Below, piece after piece: positions 51,538 to 53,121 of a DNA stretch of 53,121 nt (position 1 is the stretch's first letter; the number at the start of each line of letters is the position of its first letter). The stretch is from an uncultured Chloroflexia bacterium (GTDB lineage Bacteria > Chloroflexota > Anaerolineae > B4-G1 > SLSP01). Location: assembly GCA_963751345.1 (NCBI GenBank), contig CAVVUS010000026.1:1-53121 (forward strand). Direction: 5' to 3'. The notes beneath the pieces were generated by a model that made no database searches, was not told where the DNA came from, and saw nothing but the letters and a program-made list of their open reading frames with translations. The position numbers and the translations under genes are program-made.

Positions 51538-52320
51538 CTACGGCAGACACCGCTCCCCAATCAGCCTGACCCCGTCGAGCGTCAGCCAGGGATCCACGAT
51601 CGAAAACTGCCCGGTCAAGGGCGCGATGATGTTGGAGAGCCCCCCCGTGGCGACGACCTTGGCCTCGGCCCCATGCGATGGCGTCCCGATCTCGGCCCGG
51701 AAGCGGGCGATCATGCCGTCGACCAGGCCCACGTAGCCCAGCAGCACGCCGGACTGCACCGAGTGGATGGTGTTGGTGCCGATCGCCCTTGGGGGAGCGA
51801 CCAACCTGACCTGCGGCAACTGCGCTGTCTCGCCGGAGAGCGCAGACGCCGCCAGGTTCAGTCCGGGGGCGATGGCAACGCCCAACAGCACGGCATCAGC
51901 GGAGACCGCCGTGAAGGTGGTCGCCGTGCCGAAATCCACGACGATGCACGCATCGCCGATCCGGTCGTGGGCGGCAACGGCGTCGGCGAGGAGATCCGCC
52001 CCGAGCTCGGCGGGGTTGTCGACCGCGAAACCTAACCCTGTCACCACGGTGTGGTTGATCACCAGGGGTGTAACGGGCGTCTCCTCGGCAAGCATCTCCT
52101 CAATGCGCCCGGTCAGCGGCGGCACCACGCTGGCGATCACGATCCGATCGAAGTCCCCCATCCCGAGCCCGGCCTCGCGCAGCAGCGACCGGAAGAGGAC
52201 GCCATACTCGTCCGCCATCTTGTCCCGCACCGTGCGGACCCGCCAGTGATGGCGCCACACCGCCCCATCGTGCACCCCAAAGACCACGTTGGTGTTCCCC
52301 ACATCGACAGCCAAGAGCAT
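51538..52320 (-). CDS. coaX: Type III pantothenate kinase
   Basis: DVGNTN, SVVP, LGAD, VDFGTATT, I.PG, ATGG, LTL.G. Confidence 0.96.
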   Translation of the reverse strand: MLLAVDVGNTNVVFGVHDGAVWRHHWRVRTVRDKMADEYGVLFRSLLREAGLGMGDFDRIVIASVVPPLTGRIEEMLAEETPVTPLVINHTVVTGLGFAVDNPAELGADLLADAVAAHDRIGDACIVVDFGTATTFTAVSADAVLLGVAIAPGLNLAASALSGETAQLPQVRLVAPPRAIGTNTIHSVQSGVLLGYVGLVDGMIARFRAEIGTPSHGAEAKVVATGGLSNIIAPLTGQFSIVDPWLTLDGVRLIGERCLP

Positions 52321-52519
52321 AGATCCCTCCCTGGATAAGCGCCGGATAGGCATGAGTGTAGCCGCATCTTGCGGTGAGGCCAGGGGCGTTCATCGCAGCG
52401 AGCGGGGTGAGCGCAGGTGATGTACGGTTGCCTCGGCCCATGGACGCAGACGGGCCAGCCACAACTCGTTGTGACTGGCCCCCAGTTCACGCCGCGTCCG
52501 GCGGCCTCTCAAGACTGCG

Positions 52520-52961
52520 TCAGCGACCGCCCATCTGGTACAACTGCGTGTGAGCGTCTTCCCGCTGACCGGTGAATCCCCTGTCGCTACGCTCTGGGGA
52601 CATAGCGCCGGTCCGTCGCCATCGTCCCACTGCTCCAGCGTGCCTCCCCGTACGGATAGAGCGCGTACACACCACGCGAGCGCATCTCGCTCACCACGCC
52701 ACCACCGCTGCTGTTCGTGGTCATGCTCGCGCTTCCCAGCTGTCGCGAGGCCGTGGTCCCCGTGGATCCAGCTCACGACGCTCCCTACCCGAATCGCCAC
52801 CCGCTGACTACCCAGGTAATAGTACGTCGTCACCACCCCGGTCGTCAGGTTCTTCTCGTAGTGCGGCCCCACATACACCGTCGTCTGCCCCCCGCCACCT
52901 TCTTCACCAGCGTCCCATCCCCGTCGTAGGTGTAGGTCGCCAGCACCGTGCTCCCCTGCTT
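52520..52961 (-). pseudogene. RHS/YD-repeat core fragment with three short insertions
   Basis: Reconstructed: YTYDGDG.LVKK...YYYLG.QRVA.R...GDH|LGS...R|YPYGE...TDRRY|TGQRED...LYQMGGR*. Confidence 0.88.
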
Positions 52962-53036
52962 GTGTATACATTCGCGCTAGTCAGGTTGTCATCGTCGCAA
53001 CTCGCACCCCGGCTCCTGGGAATTCCAAATCACAAA

Positions 53037-53075
53037 GAGGGCTAGTCGCGATCATGTGATCGGGACTAACCCCTC
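53037..53075. other. Imperfect long hairpin
   Basis: GAGGG.TAGTC.CGATCA / TGATCG.GACTA..CCCTC. Confidence 0.5.
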
Positions 53076-53121
53076 GAAGCCAGGTCCTACACAGAGTTGA
53101 TCTTTGCTCGGACTTGCTAGA

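Overview
A GC-rich bacterial chromosomal window. It is most likely Chloroflexota/Anaerolineae (inference from the dnaB-dnaD-dnaC-like block, a Gram-positive-type LexA box and lipoprotein solute-binding proteins). Many scattered single-base indels split genes, as expected of an unpolished long-read assembly. In order: galT; phoB/phoR plus pstSCAB with a Pho box; a HypD-type glycyl radical enzyme; an MBL-YCII-MFS-MBL cluster; a DUF433 remnant and a vapBC-type TA pair; a LacI/AKR/sulfatase/GH146-127 cluster; gdhA and acuC; a large peptide-family ABC sugar-uptake operon with two GH29 enzymes and an 890-aa unknown; an NTase and a GT87; tRNA-Lys(CUU); an orphan kinase; a trypsin-like protease locus; recA with an SOS box; bfn-dnaB-dnaD-dnaC-like; an ArnT-like GT; coaX; and an RHS remnant. 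The most interesting signals are: (1) an RHS core fragment broken by three short insertions that each land in a conserved motif; (2) a ribbon-helix-helix domain fused to a GH29; (3) period-8 and period-7 tandem arrays placed right after stop codons, two of which bracket the protease cassette as near-identical direct repeats; (4) a stand-alone copy of a protease N-terminal domain encoded directly upstream of that protease; (5) an orphan nested hairpin between two divergent promoters. All family calls come from motif recognition by eye; no database searches were run.
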